Shown here: piece by piece, positions 46,587-55,694 of the stretch | How positions within the stretch are numbered: the stretch's first letter is position 1 | How the letters are laid out: each line of letters starts with the position of its first letter | Assembly (NCBI GenBank): GCA_937998355.1 | Contig: CALLDI010000011.1 | Coordinates: 139,100 to 203,099 of the forward strand | From: an uncultured Eggerthella sp. | Lineage (GTDB): Bacteria > Actinomycetota > Coriobacteriia > Coriobacteriales > Eggerthellaceae | Length of the DNA: 64,000 nucleotides | Direction of reading: 5' to 3' | Position numbers and translations under genes: made by a program | The notes under the pieces: generated by a model | What the model saw: only the letters and a program-made list of their open reading frames with translations | Told to the model about the DNA's origin: nothing | Databases searched by the model: none

Positions 46587-47444
46587 ATGAACACGACCTT
46601 CACTCCCGAACAGCTCGATAACTTCATCCGCACCGTCTGGCGCGAAGGGGAGGATCATCATCGCGATCTTCCTTGGCGCTACATCGACGATCCGTATGCG
46701 GTGCTCGTTTCCGAGATCATGCTGCAGCAGACGCAGGTCTCGCGCGTCGAGAAGCACTGGACGCGGTTCTTAGATCTTTTCCCTACGCTCGATGCGCTGG
46801 CTTCAGCCGACGTTTCGTTGGTGCTAGAGATGTGGCAAGGGCTCGGCTACAATCGTCGCGCGCTCGCGCTCAAACGTACCGCGGAGTACTGCGCCGAACA
46901 CTACGCGGGCAAGCTGCCCGAAGACCATGCGCAGTTGCTCGCGCTTCCTGGTATCGGACCCGCGACAGCTGGTGGCGTGACGGCGTTCGCCCTCCAAAAG
47001 CCCACGCTCTATCTCGAGACGAACGTGCGCACGGTGTTCTTGCACGAACTCTTCCCTAGCGAGGAAGGGGTGAGCGATAAGCAGCTCGAACCGCTCGTGC
47101 TCGCGACGTGCAGCAAGGATGATCCGCGCGGGTGGTATTACGCGCTGCTCGATTATGGTGCGCATCTGAAGTCGATCATACCTAATCCTTCGCGCAGATC
47201 TAAGCACTACACCAAGCAGTCAACCTTCGAAGGATCGAAACGCCAGAAGCGCGCGGAGCTCGTGCGCATCGTGCTGGCAGACCCTGGCATCACGCTCGAT
47301 GAAGCACATCGGCGACTCGATGAATTCGAGGCAGGGAAGGGGCGTGCGCTGATCGACCAGGCGCTCTTCGACGAGTTGGTCGCGGCTCTTTCGTCTGAAG
47401 GCTTCTTCACCTTCGACGAAGCGACGAACACCTTGCGTTCTTAG
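46587..47444 (+). CDS. mutY: A/G-specific adenine glycosylase, short form lacking the [4Fe-4S] motif
   Basis: RDLPWR, VSEIMLQQTQV, WQGLGY.RRA, LPGIGP HhH; no Cx6Cx2Cx5C. Confidence 0.88.
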   Translation: MNTTFTPEQLDNFIRTVWREGEDHHRDLPWRYIDDPYAVLVSEIMLQQTQVSRVEKHWTRFLDLFPTLDALASADVSLVLEMWQGLGYNRRALALKRTAEYCAEHYAGKLPEDHAQLLALPGIGPATAGGVTAFALQKPTLYLETNVRTVFLHELFPSEEGVSDKQLEPLVLATCSKDDPRGWYYALLDYGAHLKSIIPNPSRRSKHYTKQSTFEGSKRQKRAELVRIVLADPGITLDEAHRRLDEFEAGKGRALIDQALFDELVAALSSEGFFTFDEATNTLRS

Positions 47445-48289
47445 ATGGTGGGGTAGGAGCCGAGCACCTTCACTTCGTGCAGCTTCAGACGCAGGCAGTT
47501 CAGCGCCGTCTGCACGTCCACATCGCTCGTCGAGCCCTCGAAATCGATGAAGAACATGTAGTCGCCCAAGGCTTGCTTGGTCGGACGCGACTGGATCTTC
47601 GTCAGGTTGATGTCGGCGTAAGCGAATTCCGAGAGGATCATCAGAAGCGATCCCGATTTGTCCTGCTTCAGGCTGAGCAGGATGGAGGTCTTGCGCTCCT
47701 TTTCGGGGAAGACTTCAGGCATGCCTTGGCGCGCGATCAGCGCGAACGAGGTCTGGTTGCCGAAATGATCCTCGATGTTCTCTTCGTAGACCACCGCGCC
47801 ATACAGCTCGGCGGCGAACTTGTTCGCGATGCTGGCCACGGTCTTGTCGTTCATGGCCTTGCGCACACCGGATGCGGTCGACGAAGCGGAACTGGTCGTG
47901 CGGCCAGGGAAGTATTCGGTGATGTAGCGACGACATTGACCGATTCCTTGGGGGTGCGAAACGATCGTTTCGATATCAGCCACTTCAGCGTCCGGATGGA
48001 TCACGAGGCAATGATGGATGTCGAGCACGGTCTCTGCCAGGATCTCGACGTTGGCATGCGTCGCGAAGTTGTCGAGGCATGCGGTAACGGGACCTTCGAG
48101 CGCATTCTCGGTAGCCACTACGCCATAATCGCAGCGCCCGCGCTCCACGTTGTCGAAGACTTCCGTGAACGAGACGCATTCTACGAGCTCGGCTTCTTGC
48201 AGCCCGAGCTTGTCCATGAAGCGATGCGTCGCTTCATCGCTGTACGTTCCAGCTGGTCCTAGATAGGCGATCTTGGTCTGGGTGGTCAT
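47441..48289 (-). CDS. pheA: Prephenate dehydratase with ACT domain
   Basis: AYLGPAGTYS, EN..EG.V, SHPQ...QC, INLTKIQSRP, LGSYP; catalytic TRF appears as TSF. Confidence 0.93.
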   Translation of the reverse strand: MTTQTKIAYLGPAGTYSDEATHRFMDKLGLQEAELVECVSFTEVFDNVERGRCDYGVVATENALEGPVTACLDNFATHANVEILAETVLDIHHCLVIHPDAEVADIETIVSHPQGIGQCRRYITEYFPGRTTSSASSTASGVRKAMNDKTVASIANKFAAELYGAVVYEENIEDHFGNQTSFALIARQGMPEVFPEKERKTSILLSLKQDKSGSLLMILSEFAYADINLTKIQSRPTKQALGDYMFFIDFEGSTSDVDVQTALNCLRLKLHEVKVLGSYPTI

Positions 48290-48434
48290 GTGCGCTCTTT
48301 TCAAATTCGCTCGATCGGTCTTGTGGGGTAATTGTAAACGAATCGACGAGCTTTCATCACTTGGCTACCGTTCGCCCGCCAAATGGAACGGAACTTTTGA
48401 AGGGTTTGTGAGGATTACGGTGTTTCTATGGATT

Positions 48435-48462
48435 GTGTTATTTCGAAAAAGCGCGGTAACAC
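48435..48462 (+). promoter_or_regulatory. Putative NikR-type operator upstream of the group 1 hydrogenase
   Basis: Perfect inverted hexamers GTGTTA-N16-TAACAC. Confidence 0.5.
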
Positions 48463-48586
48463 TTTCTTACCACTTGCGGGAATAACCGACGTTTTTCGAA
48501 TCGAACCGCGCGTTCCTTGCTGGTAATGAACGAAAATGCTATTCAGAAGTTTTACTGGAAGAAGACACCCTTAAGGAGGTGTGCAC

Positions 48587-49807
48587 ATGGTAACAGAGGC
48601 TATCTCACCAGAGTTTCTGGCTAAGCTTGAAGCGCGTGGCGTTTCTCGTCGTAGCTTCATGAAACTTTGCGGCTCTCTCGCGGTTGCAGCAGGTCTTACC
48701 GAACTCGCTGCTCCTCGTGTTGCGGCTGCGATCGAGAACTCGGTCATTGGTGCTGAAGAAGGCAAGCTCTTTCCTGTGATCTGGATCGAGGGCGCATCCT
48801 GCACCGGCTGTACCGAGTCTTTCGCTCAAGGTGATTCTCCTGATCCAGGCTACATCGTTCTTGAAATGATCTCGCTCAACTACTGCGAGACCCTTTCTGC
48901 GGCGGCAGGCTGGTCCATGGAAGAAGCTAAAGAGCAGACGATCGAAGCAGGCAACTACATCCTCATTTACGAAGGTGCAGTATTGGAAGGTTGGGACGGT
49001 CAGGCGCTTCGTGTCGCTAACGAGGTCGGCACCGACATCCTCGCTCATGCTGCAGAGAACGCGAATGCAGTCGTTGCCCTCGGATCTTGTGCGGTGAATG
49101 GTGGCTGGATGGCCGCTTATCCCAACTCAGCTCAGGCTATCGGTGTTCAGGGTCTCCTGAACAAGCGCGGTATCGACACCCCGGTCATCAACATCCCCGG
49201 TTGTCCCGCGAACCCTGAGTGGGTCACTTCGGTGCTCGTCGACGTTCTGCTCGTCGGCCAGCTTCCTGAGCTCACCAACGAGAACAAGCCGAAGGTCATC
49301 TTCAATCAGACCGTGCATGACAATTGTCAGCGCCGCGGCCACTTCGAGAACGGCGAATTCGTCTACGCATTCGGCACTCCCGAAGAGAAGATGGGCTACT
49401 GCCTGTATCCGATGGGTTGCCGTGGTCCTCAGGTCAAGGCCAACTGCGGTATCGTGCGCTGGAACCGTCGTCGTTCCTGGTGCGTCGAGTCCGGCGGTCC
49501 TTGCATCGGCTGCTGCGTAGCAAACCCGAACAACCCGGGCGAGAACTGGGTCGAGACCAACACGCCGTTCCGTGCACGCTTCCGCGATCTGCGCATCGGC
49601 GGTGCTGTCGTTCAGCCTGAGGCCATCGCTTGGACGGTCACGGGCATCCTCGCTGCAGCGCTCGTCGTTCATGGCTTCGGCATGAAGAAGGCTGGTCGTA
49701 CCGATGGCGGTGCTCCGTTCGAGAAAGAACGCGAATGGGATATGAAGCACCCCAACGAATCGATCGGCATCTACACCCTCGACGATAACTCGAAGGGAGG
49801 CAACTAA
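48587..49807 (+). CDS. Membrane-bound [NiFe]-hydrogenase small subunit (group 1)
   Basis: Tat signal SRRSFMK, CTGC, GSCA, PGCP, HDNC, CL...GC.GP, PCIGC, C-terminal TM anchor. Confidence 0.95.
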   Translation: MVTEAISPEFLAKLEARGVSRRSFMKLCGSLAVAAGLTELAAPRVAAAIENSVIGAEEGKLFPVIWIEGASCTGCTESFAQGDSPDPGYIVLEMISLNYCETLSAAAGWSMEEAKEQTIEAGNYILIYEGAVLEGWDGQALRVANEVGTDILAHAAENANAVVALGSCAVNGGWMAAYPNSAQAIGVQGLLNKRGIDTPVINIPGCPANPEWVTSVLVDVLLVGQLPELTNENKPKVIFNQTVHDNCQRRGHFENGEFVYAFGTPEEKMGYCLYPMGCRGPQVKANCGIVRWNRRRSWCVESGGPCIGCCVANPNNPGENWVETNTPFRARFRDLRIGGAVVQPEAIAWTVTGILAAALVVHGFGMKKAGRTDGGAPFEKEREWDMKHPNESIGIYTLDDNSKGGN

Positions 49808-49809
49808 TA

Positions 49810-51513
49810 ATGGCACGTTCAATCATCGATCCCGTAACTCGTATCGAAGGTCACCTTCGCGTCGAGATGGAAGTCGATAACGGCGTCGTTTCCGACGCTT
49901 GGGTCTCTGGTGGTTGCTTCCGTGGCATGGAGCTCGTAGTTCAGGATCGTACTCCTGAAGACGCTGCGCACATCGTTCAGCGTATCTGCGGCGTTTGCCC
50001 GGTTTCCCACACCCACGCTTCCTCCATCGCTGCTGAAGCGGCATACGGCATTGTCATCCCGAATCAGGCACGTATCATCCGTAACCTGATCGAAGGCGGC
50101 CAGTTCCTCCACAGCCATATCCTGTGGCTCTACACGCTGGCAGCGCTCGACTATGTCAATCCGCTCAACGCGCTCAACGCTAACGTCGGCAAGGCTTACG
50201 ACCTCATGGAGGCCGCAGGCACTTCTTGCAACACCGACCTCAAGACCCTCATGGGAACGCTCACCAAGTTCGCGAACAACGGTCAGCTCTCCATCTTCAG
50301 TGGCGGTTGGTTCCTCGACGGTCTCGCACCCGAGGCGTTCAAGCTCGATCCGGAAGCCGACCTCATCTGCACCGCGCACTATCTCGAGGCGCTCAACATG
50401 CAGGCGAAGGCATCCGAGATCTGCGGTCTCATCGGTGGCAAGATGCCGCACGTCATGACCGTGGTTCCTGGTGGTACCGCATTCGTTCCGACCGAGGAGA
50501 AGCTCGACGAGCTCTACTCGATCACCCGCGAACTGCGCGATTGGATCGACTCCACCATGCTTCCCGACACCAAGATCATCGCTTCTGCGTATCCTGAGGC
50601 TCTCGGCTTCGGTCGTGGTTGCGGTCGCTACGTCGCATGGGGCGTCTTCCAGCGTCCTAACTTCGAGATGGCCGATCGTTACATGCCATCCGGCGTCGTC
50701 TACACCAATGGCGAACTTCGCCTCGAAGATGTCGACGAAGCAGCGATCAAGGAATATGTCGGCCACTCCTGGTATGTCGGCGATTCCGACCTGAACCCAC
50801 GTGAAGGCGTTACCGACCCGCTGTACACCGAGTACTACGTCGCTGGTACCGAGCATGAGGAAAATGGCCACATGATCGGCACCGTCAACGATCGTTACAC
50901 CTGGTCCAAGGGCCCAAGCTACAATGGTGAATGCATGGAAGCTGGTCCGTTCTCCCGTGTCCTCGCAGCTTATCTGCGCGGTGGCGAGAAGAATCAGTAC
51001 GTCGTCAATTCGCTCGACAAGCTCATGGCAGACCTCAACCTCACGCTTCCGCAGCTCCAGTCCACGCTCGGTCGTGTCGCTGCACGTCAGGTCGAGTGCT
51101 CCTACATCGCTCACCTCATGGTCGAATGGGTCGACGAGCTCATCGCGGCTCTCAAAGAGGGCGACAGCGAATACTTCCGTGCTCCCGAGCACCTCACCGG
51201 TGACGGCACGGGCTTCTGGGAGGCACCGCGTGGTGCTCTCTACCACACCGAGCATGTCGACAACGGTCGCATCACCGGTTACCAGATCATCATTCCTACT
51301 ACTTGGAACATCGCACCTCGCAACGCTGATGGTGTTCGTGGTCCTATGGAGCAGGCTCTCATCGGTACCCCGGTCGACAACGTCGATGCTCCGATCAATG
51401 CGCTTCGTACCGTTCATAGCTACGACCCGTGTACTGCTTGTGCTGTTCACGTGTCCGAACCTGCAACGGGCAAGCACTTCGAAACCGTTACGAGCCCTTG
51501 GGGGGTGAGGTAA
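49810..51513 (+). CDS. Membrane-bound [NiFe]-hydrogenase large subunit (group 1)
   Basis: DPVTRIEGH, L1 QRICGVC, EAPRG, L2 DPCTACAVH plus 20-aa cleavable tail. Confidence 0.96.
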   Translation: MARSIIDPVTRIEGHLRVEMEVDNGVVSDAWVSGGCFRGMELVVQDRTPEDAAHIVQRICGVCPVSHTHASSIAAEAAYGIVIPNQARIIRNLIEGGQFLHSHILWLYTLAALDYVNPLNALNANVGKAYDLMEAAGTSCNTDLKTLMGTLTKFANNGQLSIFSGGWFLDGLAPEAFKLDPEADLICTAHYLEALNMQAKASEICGLIGGKMPHVMTVVPGGTAFVPTEEKLDELYSITRELRDWIDSTMLPDTKIIASAYPEALGFGRGCGRYVAWGVFQRPNFEMADRYMPSGVVYTNGELRLEDVDEAAIKEYVGHSWYVGDSDLNPREGVTDPLYTEYYVAGTEHEENGHMIGTVNDRYTWSKGPSYNGECMEAGPFSRVLAAYLRGGEKNQYVVNSLDKLMADLNLTLPQLQSTLGRVAARQVECSYIAHLMVEWVDELIAALKEGDSEYFRAPEHLTGDGTGFWEAPRGALYHTEHVDNGRITGYQIIIPTTWNIAPRNADGVRGPMEQALIGTPVDNVDAPINALRTVHSYDPCTACAVHVSEPATGKHFETVTSPWGVR

Positions 51514-52206
51514 ATGGCACACCTCGCACACTATAAGCAGGCCCATCCACTGCCCATGAAGGTCACTCACTGGGTGAACCTCTGCTGCATGGCGCTCCTT
51601 ATCTTCACTGGTTTTCTGATCCATTTCCCCTTCTGGGCGGGTCTGACCGGCGTCGCTCGTGGTGTCCATGTCTTCTGCGGCATGGTGCTGGTCGTTAACT
51701 GCATCCTGCGTATCGTCTTCGCATTCATGTTCCATTCTGCTCCTACGGGCGGCACGCGCAACATGGTTCGCGACTACAAGACCTACCTTCCGCAGGCGGA
51801 CAACAAGCATCAGCTCATTCCGTGGATCAAGTACTACTTGTTCATCAAGAAGGATCATCCGCTGTCAGCGAAGCTGGGCGTGCCTCAGAAGCTCTCCTAT
51901 CTCTTCGTTTGTCTGTTGATCTTCATCATGGGCTACACTGGCTTCTGCCTTTGGATCCCGACCGCGTCTTGGGATTTCTTCGCTGCAGGCACTGCAGCAG
52001 TTGGTGGCATCATGTCCATGCGCATCATCCACTACTTCCTCATGTTCGTTTTCATCTGCTTCTCGATGATCCACATCTATCTGGTATTCATCGAAGGCAC
52101 GGCGAATGCTAAGAACATGCTCGCTGGCAAGGAGCATGGCGGCCTGGTCTACGATCCAGAGCGTCACTGCATCGTCGGCGAAGATCACAGCGTGGGCGAG
52201 CACTAG
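51514..52206 (+). CDS. Hydrogenase b-type cytochrome subunit
   Basis: Four TM helices with heme-ligand His (THW, VH, IH, IH), QKLSY. Confidence 0.92.
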   Translation: MAHLAHYKQAHPLPMKVTHWVNLCCMALLIFTGFLIHFPFWAGLTGVARGVHVFCGMVLVVNCILRIVFAFMFHSAPTGGTRNMVRDYKTYLPQADNKHQLIPWIKYYLFIKKDHPLSAKLGVPQKLSYLFVCLLIFIMGYTGFCLWIPTASWDFFAAGTAAVGGIMSMRIIHYFLMFVFICFSMIHIYLVFIEGTANAKNMLAGKEHGGLVYDPERHCIVGEDHSVGEH

Positions 52207-52267
52207 ACCGCACGCGCGATCGCGATGCGCATACGCTTCGGCATGAACGCAAGACCGTAAGGTTGAT

Positions 52268-52301
52268 GAAAGGACTCGATTCGTCGAGTCCTTTCTTTTT
52301 T
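52268..52301 (+). terminator. Intrinsic terminator of the hydrogenase operon
   Basis: GAAAGGACTCGA-TTCG-TCGAGTCCTTTC-TTTTTT. Confidence 0.88.
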
Positions 52302-52501
52302 GTGAGAATAACGACCCCTAGCTCGTGGCTCTTGCGGTTTTGCAAGCGCCTATAGCGACACTGAATTCTGAGGGCTCACGAGCAAGAGGATTTCGTGCCC
52401 AAAATGCTCGCACTCACGGCAAACTGGAGGCTGTGGTCTTGCCGTTTCTTGTACCATAAGAAAAAAGAACACCCGCGCGTATGAACTTGAGAGAGGCCTG
52501 T

Positions 52502-52933
52502 ATGAAGAAAGAAGAGAAGAAAGAGAAGACCTACCGCGAAGAGCTGATGAAGGACTTGCTTCCCATCAATCTTGGCGCGTTGTTCATGGCGCCCATTTGG
52601 GGTCCTGCGAACGGGATCTGGATCACGATCCTGTACTACCCGCTGTGGCTGTTCGCCGACAATCTCTTCTATGAAGCTTTCACCAACCCCACTACCTTGA
52701 GCGTTATCTTCTCGATCGTGGTCGCCGTACTGCTCGCAGTGGTCACCATCGTGTTCGCGCGCGTCTCTCAGGGCTACGCATGCGAGCGTGCGATCAACAT
52801 GGGCAAGACGAAGGAATGGTACATCAAGCGCCAGCGCGTATGGGCGGTCGCTATGGGCATCCTTGCGATCGTGATGATCGCGCTCGCCACGTTCTACAAC
52901 CTTGCGATTCGTCCCGGTATGCCGGTCGCATAA
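52502..52933 (+). CDS. Small integral membrane protein of unknown function
   Basis: Multiple hydrophobic segments, NLGALF..PIWG..NG.W motif; GAGAGG RBS. Confidence 0.8.
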   Translation: MKKEEKKEKTYREELMKDLLPINLGALFMAPIWGPANGIWITILYYPLWLFADNLFYEAFTNPTTLSVIFSIVVAVLLAVVTIVFARVSQGYACERAINMGKTKEWYIKRQRVWAVAMGILAIVMIALATFYNLAIRPGMPVA

Positions 52934-52955
52934 ACGCGACGGAAAGTGGAGCGCT

Positions 52956-53453
52956 ATGAAGATCGCGGTCTTTTGCGTGGGCAATCGCCTCATGCTCGAC
53001 GATGGTATCGGGCCTGCAGTATACGATGAACTGGTAGAACGTTACGAGATACCGGATAACGTCGATCTTTACGACCTTGGTTGCATGACCATGAAGCTCA
53101 TCTCTAAAGTGAACGATTACGACCTCATCATCACGGTCGATGCGGTCGATGGCACCGATGCGGAACCAGGTACGGTCTTTCGTTATCAGCCCGACGATCT
53201 TGCGCGCACTACGTCAGCTATGGCGTCGCTTCATGAATTGAAGCTGGTCGATCTCTTCGATGCAGCACAGTTGCTCGGGTATTCTTGCGATGGTATCTGC
53301 TATGGCATGCAGATTGAGAACATGTCTCCTGCGGAACTGACCGAAGGGCTCACGCCGAAGGTGTACGACCGTCTCCCGTTCCTGACAGAATCTGTGGTCG
53401 CGGAGCTCGATCGCAGGGGAGCGAAGCTCACCCCGAAGCAGACTTCGCACTGA
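52956..53453 (+). CDS. Hydrogenase maturation endopeptidase (HyaD/HybD family)
   Basis: GNRLM.DDG.G, I.VDAV, SLHE motifs. Confidence 0.93.
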   Translation: MKIAVFCVGNRLMLDDGIGPAVYDELVERYEIPDNVDLYDLGCMTMKLISKVNDYDLIITVDAVDGTDAEPGTVFRYQPDDLARTTSAMASLHELKLVDLFDAAQLLGYSCDGICYGMQIENMSPAELTEGLTPKVYDRLPFLTESVVAELDRRGAKLTPKQTSH

Positions 53454-53611
53454 GCTTGCCGAACTCACGAGGGGCTTTGTTCTGCATGATCGTAGGACGA
53501 CTCGCTGCTTCTATCTTAGTATTCTAAAGCGAAGCAGCGCAGCGACGCATGAGCGAATCTGCATAGCTGATTCGCGAACAGGGAAGCGGGTCGATCCGAG
53601 ATCATGTAGAG

Positions 53612-53651
53612 CAAAGCCCTCTCGTCACGTTCATGCGATGAGAGGGCTTTG
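53612..53651. terminator. Strong hairpin between convergent genes (likely terminator)
   Basis: CAAAGCCCTCTCGTC...GATGAGAGGGCTTTG. Confidence 0.65.
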
Positions 53652-53691
53652 ATCGTTCTCTTATGGTTCGAGTCGTGCGTTTCGGCTCGAA

Positions 53692-55560
53692 CTACTTGTA
53701 TGAGCGGTGGTCGCGATAATTCGCGAGGTATCCTGCGAATTCCTTCGAAGTGTCAGAGTTGCCGACGCGCCACATCTTGTGGTCGATGATGGTGCTCTGG
53801 AAGCCGTAGTACGAGTCGATGTAGGCGATCAGCTTATCGAGTGCTTCGAGCTGCGCTTTGGGATATCCTTCGCCCGTGCTGCCGTTGTGGACGAGTTCGA
53901 TACCGATAGAGTAACTGTTCATACCGTAATCGTTGCTCCAGGAATTGCGGGTGGTGCCTCGTTTGTCGTCTCTGCTTTCATCAGTGACGCCGAATTTTGT
54001 ATTATGGCCTGCGGTTCCCCAGCCAGCATGATGTGCGATCTTGTCCATGGGTACGCATTGAACGATGGTGCCATCTTTGCCGATCACGAAATGAGCCGCG
54101 ATGAGGTTGCCGTTGCTCGCCCACCAGTTCACGACGTTTTGGGGCGTGCCGCCGCCTTCAGTATCGTGGAGCACGATGTATTTCTGATACTGAGCTGTCT
54201 TCGTTCCGTGAGAGAGGGAAGAGCGAATATCTTGGATGATGTTCGCCTGTACCCAGACCCCATTGGCTCCAACATAGTACTTTCCGCCATCGACCCAAGC
54301 GTTCGTCGCCATCGCGCCGCTGTTCTTGTCGAGCCAGTACCACTTATTGCCATCTTTCAGCCAGCCCGTCTGCATGACGCCATTCTTGTCGCCATAGAAC
54401 CACTTACCAGCCAGCTTCTGCCAGCCCGTGAGGATCTTGCCGTTAGCGTCTTTCAGGATGACCTTGTCGCCGCTGAATGTACCGATGGTGGTGATGGCAC
54501 CCGAAGATGCTGCATAGCCGCATGCGCCGTTGTCGAGCTTCACTTGGCAGTTCGCCTGCATAGCGCCACTCGAGGTGAACGAATAGAGCGCGCCGTTGAT
54601 GGTCGCTTTCGTATTCGCAAGCATCAAGCAGTCCTTGTCGGCTTGTAGCCAATACCACTTATTTCCGCTCTTGAGCCAGCCAGTCTTGAGCGCACCAGAT
54701 TTGGTCGCGTAATACCATCCCTCGGAGAGCTGCACCCATTTATTGGCATACATCGCACCTGAGGCATTCGAGATGTACCAAGAATCGCCCACCTTATACT
54801 TGCCGGTCTTCATAGCGCCATCAGCGGAGCCGAGATAATACCACTTACCGCCGCTCTTGAGCCAGCCTGTGGTCATGGCGCCCGAGTTCTTGTAGTGATA
54901 CCAGGTTCCATTCTCCTTATTCCAGCCTGTCTTCATCGCACCAGAAGAGGTGAGGAAGTAAGTGGCGTTGCCGACGGCCTGTTTACCCGTGAGCATCTTG
55001 CCGTTGGAGGGATCGAGGTAATACCATTTGCCCTTCACCTTCGCCCAGCCAGTCTTCATCGCGCCCGAACCTGTGAAGTAATACCAGATGTCGTCGACCT
55101 TCTGCCAACCCGTCTTCATGTCGCCATTGGCGGGATCGAGGTAATACGTGACGTTCTTGATGGTCTGCCATTCGGTCTGCATCATGCCATTCGTAGGATC
55201 GAGGTAATACCACTTGTTCTTGACCTTGGCCCAGCCGGTAGCCATCGCACCTGACTTATTGAAGTAATACCAGGTATCGCCCTGTTTCAGCCAGCCAGTC
55301 TTCATAAGAGCGGTATCGGCATCGAGATAGTAGGTCTTGCCGTCGATCTTGACGAATCCGGTCAGTGCGCCTTCGTCGGTGAGATACTTCCAACCTGCAG
55401 CGCTCTTCTGCCAGGTTCCATTCGTAGGTTGAGAGATGACAGGTGCTTGAGCCTCGGTTTCTTCGTCCGCATGCGCGCTGGTGAGCGAGAAGCCAACACA
55501 GAGTGCGAGTACGAAGGCGACGAGGAGTGAGAAGGTGATGCGAGTGGCTCTGAGATACAT
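53692..55560 (-). CDS. Secreted N-acetylmuramoyl-L-alanine amidase with choline/cell-wall-binding repeats
   Basis: Signal peptide ending AHA, many TGW......WYY....GAM repeats, C-terminal Amidase_2 motifs IVLHDT, AHFVI, HAG, SIGIE, IDH. Confidence 0.9.
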   Translation of the reverse strand: MYLRATRITFSLLVAFVLALCVGFSLTSAHADEETEAQAPVISQPTNGTWQKSAAGWKYLTDEGALTGFVKIDGKTYYLDADTALMKTGWLKQGDTWYYFNKSGAMATGWAKVKNKWYYLDPTNGMMQTEWQTIKNVTYYLDPANGDMKTGWQKVDDIWYYFTGSGAMKTGWAKVKGKWYYLDPSNGKMLTGKQAVGNATYFLTSSGAMKTGWNKENGTWYHYKNSGAMTTGWLKSGGKWYYLGSADGAMKTGKYKVGDSWYISNASGAMYANKWVQLSEGWYYATKSGALKTGWLKSGNKWYWLQADKDCLMLANTKATINGALYSFTSSGAMQANCQVKLDNGACGYAASSGAITTIGTFSGDKVILKDANGKILTGWQKLAGKWFYGDKNGVMQTGWLKDGNKWYWLDKNSGAMATNAWVDGGKYYVGANGVWVQANIIQDIRSSLSHGTKTAQYQKYIVLHDTEGGGTPQNVVNWWASNGNLIAAHFVIGKDGTIVQCVPMDKIAHHAGWGTAGHNTKFGVTDESRDDKRGTTRNSWSNDYGMNSYSIGIELVHNGSTGEGYPKAQLEALDKLIAYIDSYYGFQSTIIDHKMWRVGNSDTSKEFAGYLANYRDHRSYK

Positions 55561-55694
55561 GGAGCAGCCTTTCTTCGAGAAGTGAGCGATCGACAAGGGG
55601 TCCTTGTGCGTCGTTTTTCCTTTATATCACGGATCTGGTCGTCGTGAAAGCGTTCGATCAGGAGAAACAGGTGATGAAACGGGTTTCGTGCGCG

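Noticed and set aside
51421..51450. NiFeSe hydrogenase / selenocysteine recoding
   Set aside because: The L2 cysteines are TGT/TGT here and TGT/TGT in the group 3b subunit; there is no in-frame TGA.
49819..51858. 679-aa antisense ORF (similar ones at 39694-41319, 34611-36068, 58259-59767)
   Set aside because: Shadow frames opposite well-supported genes; expected from high-GC codon bias, with no recognisable motifs.
52416..52446. c-di-GMP-I riboswitch suggested by GGCAAAC
   Set aside because: Lacks the GAAA-tetraloop P2 and the downstream GCAAAGC/P3 elements; it is only a simple stem.
54240..55400. Phage endolysin / prophage remnant
   Set aside because: The amidase has a Sec signal peptide, and there are no holin, structural or integrase genes nearby.
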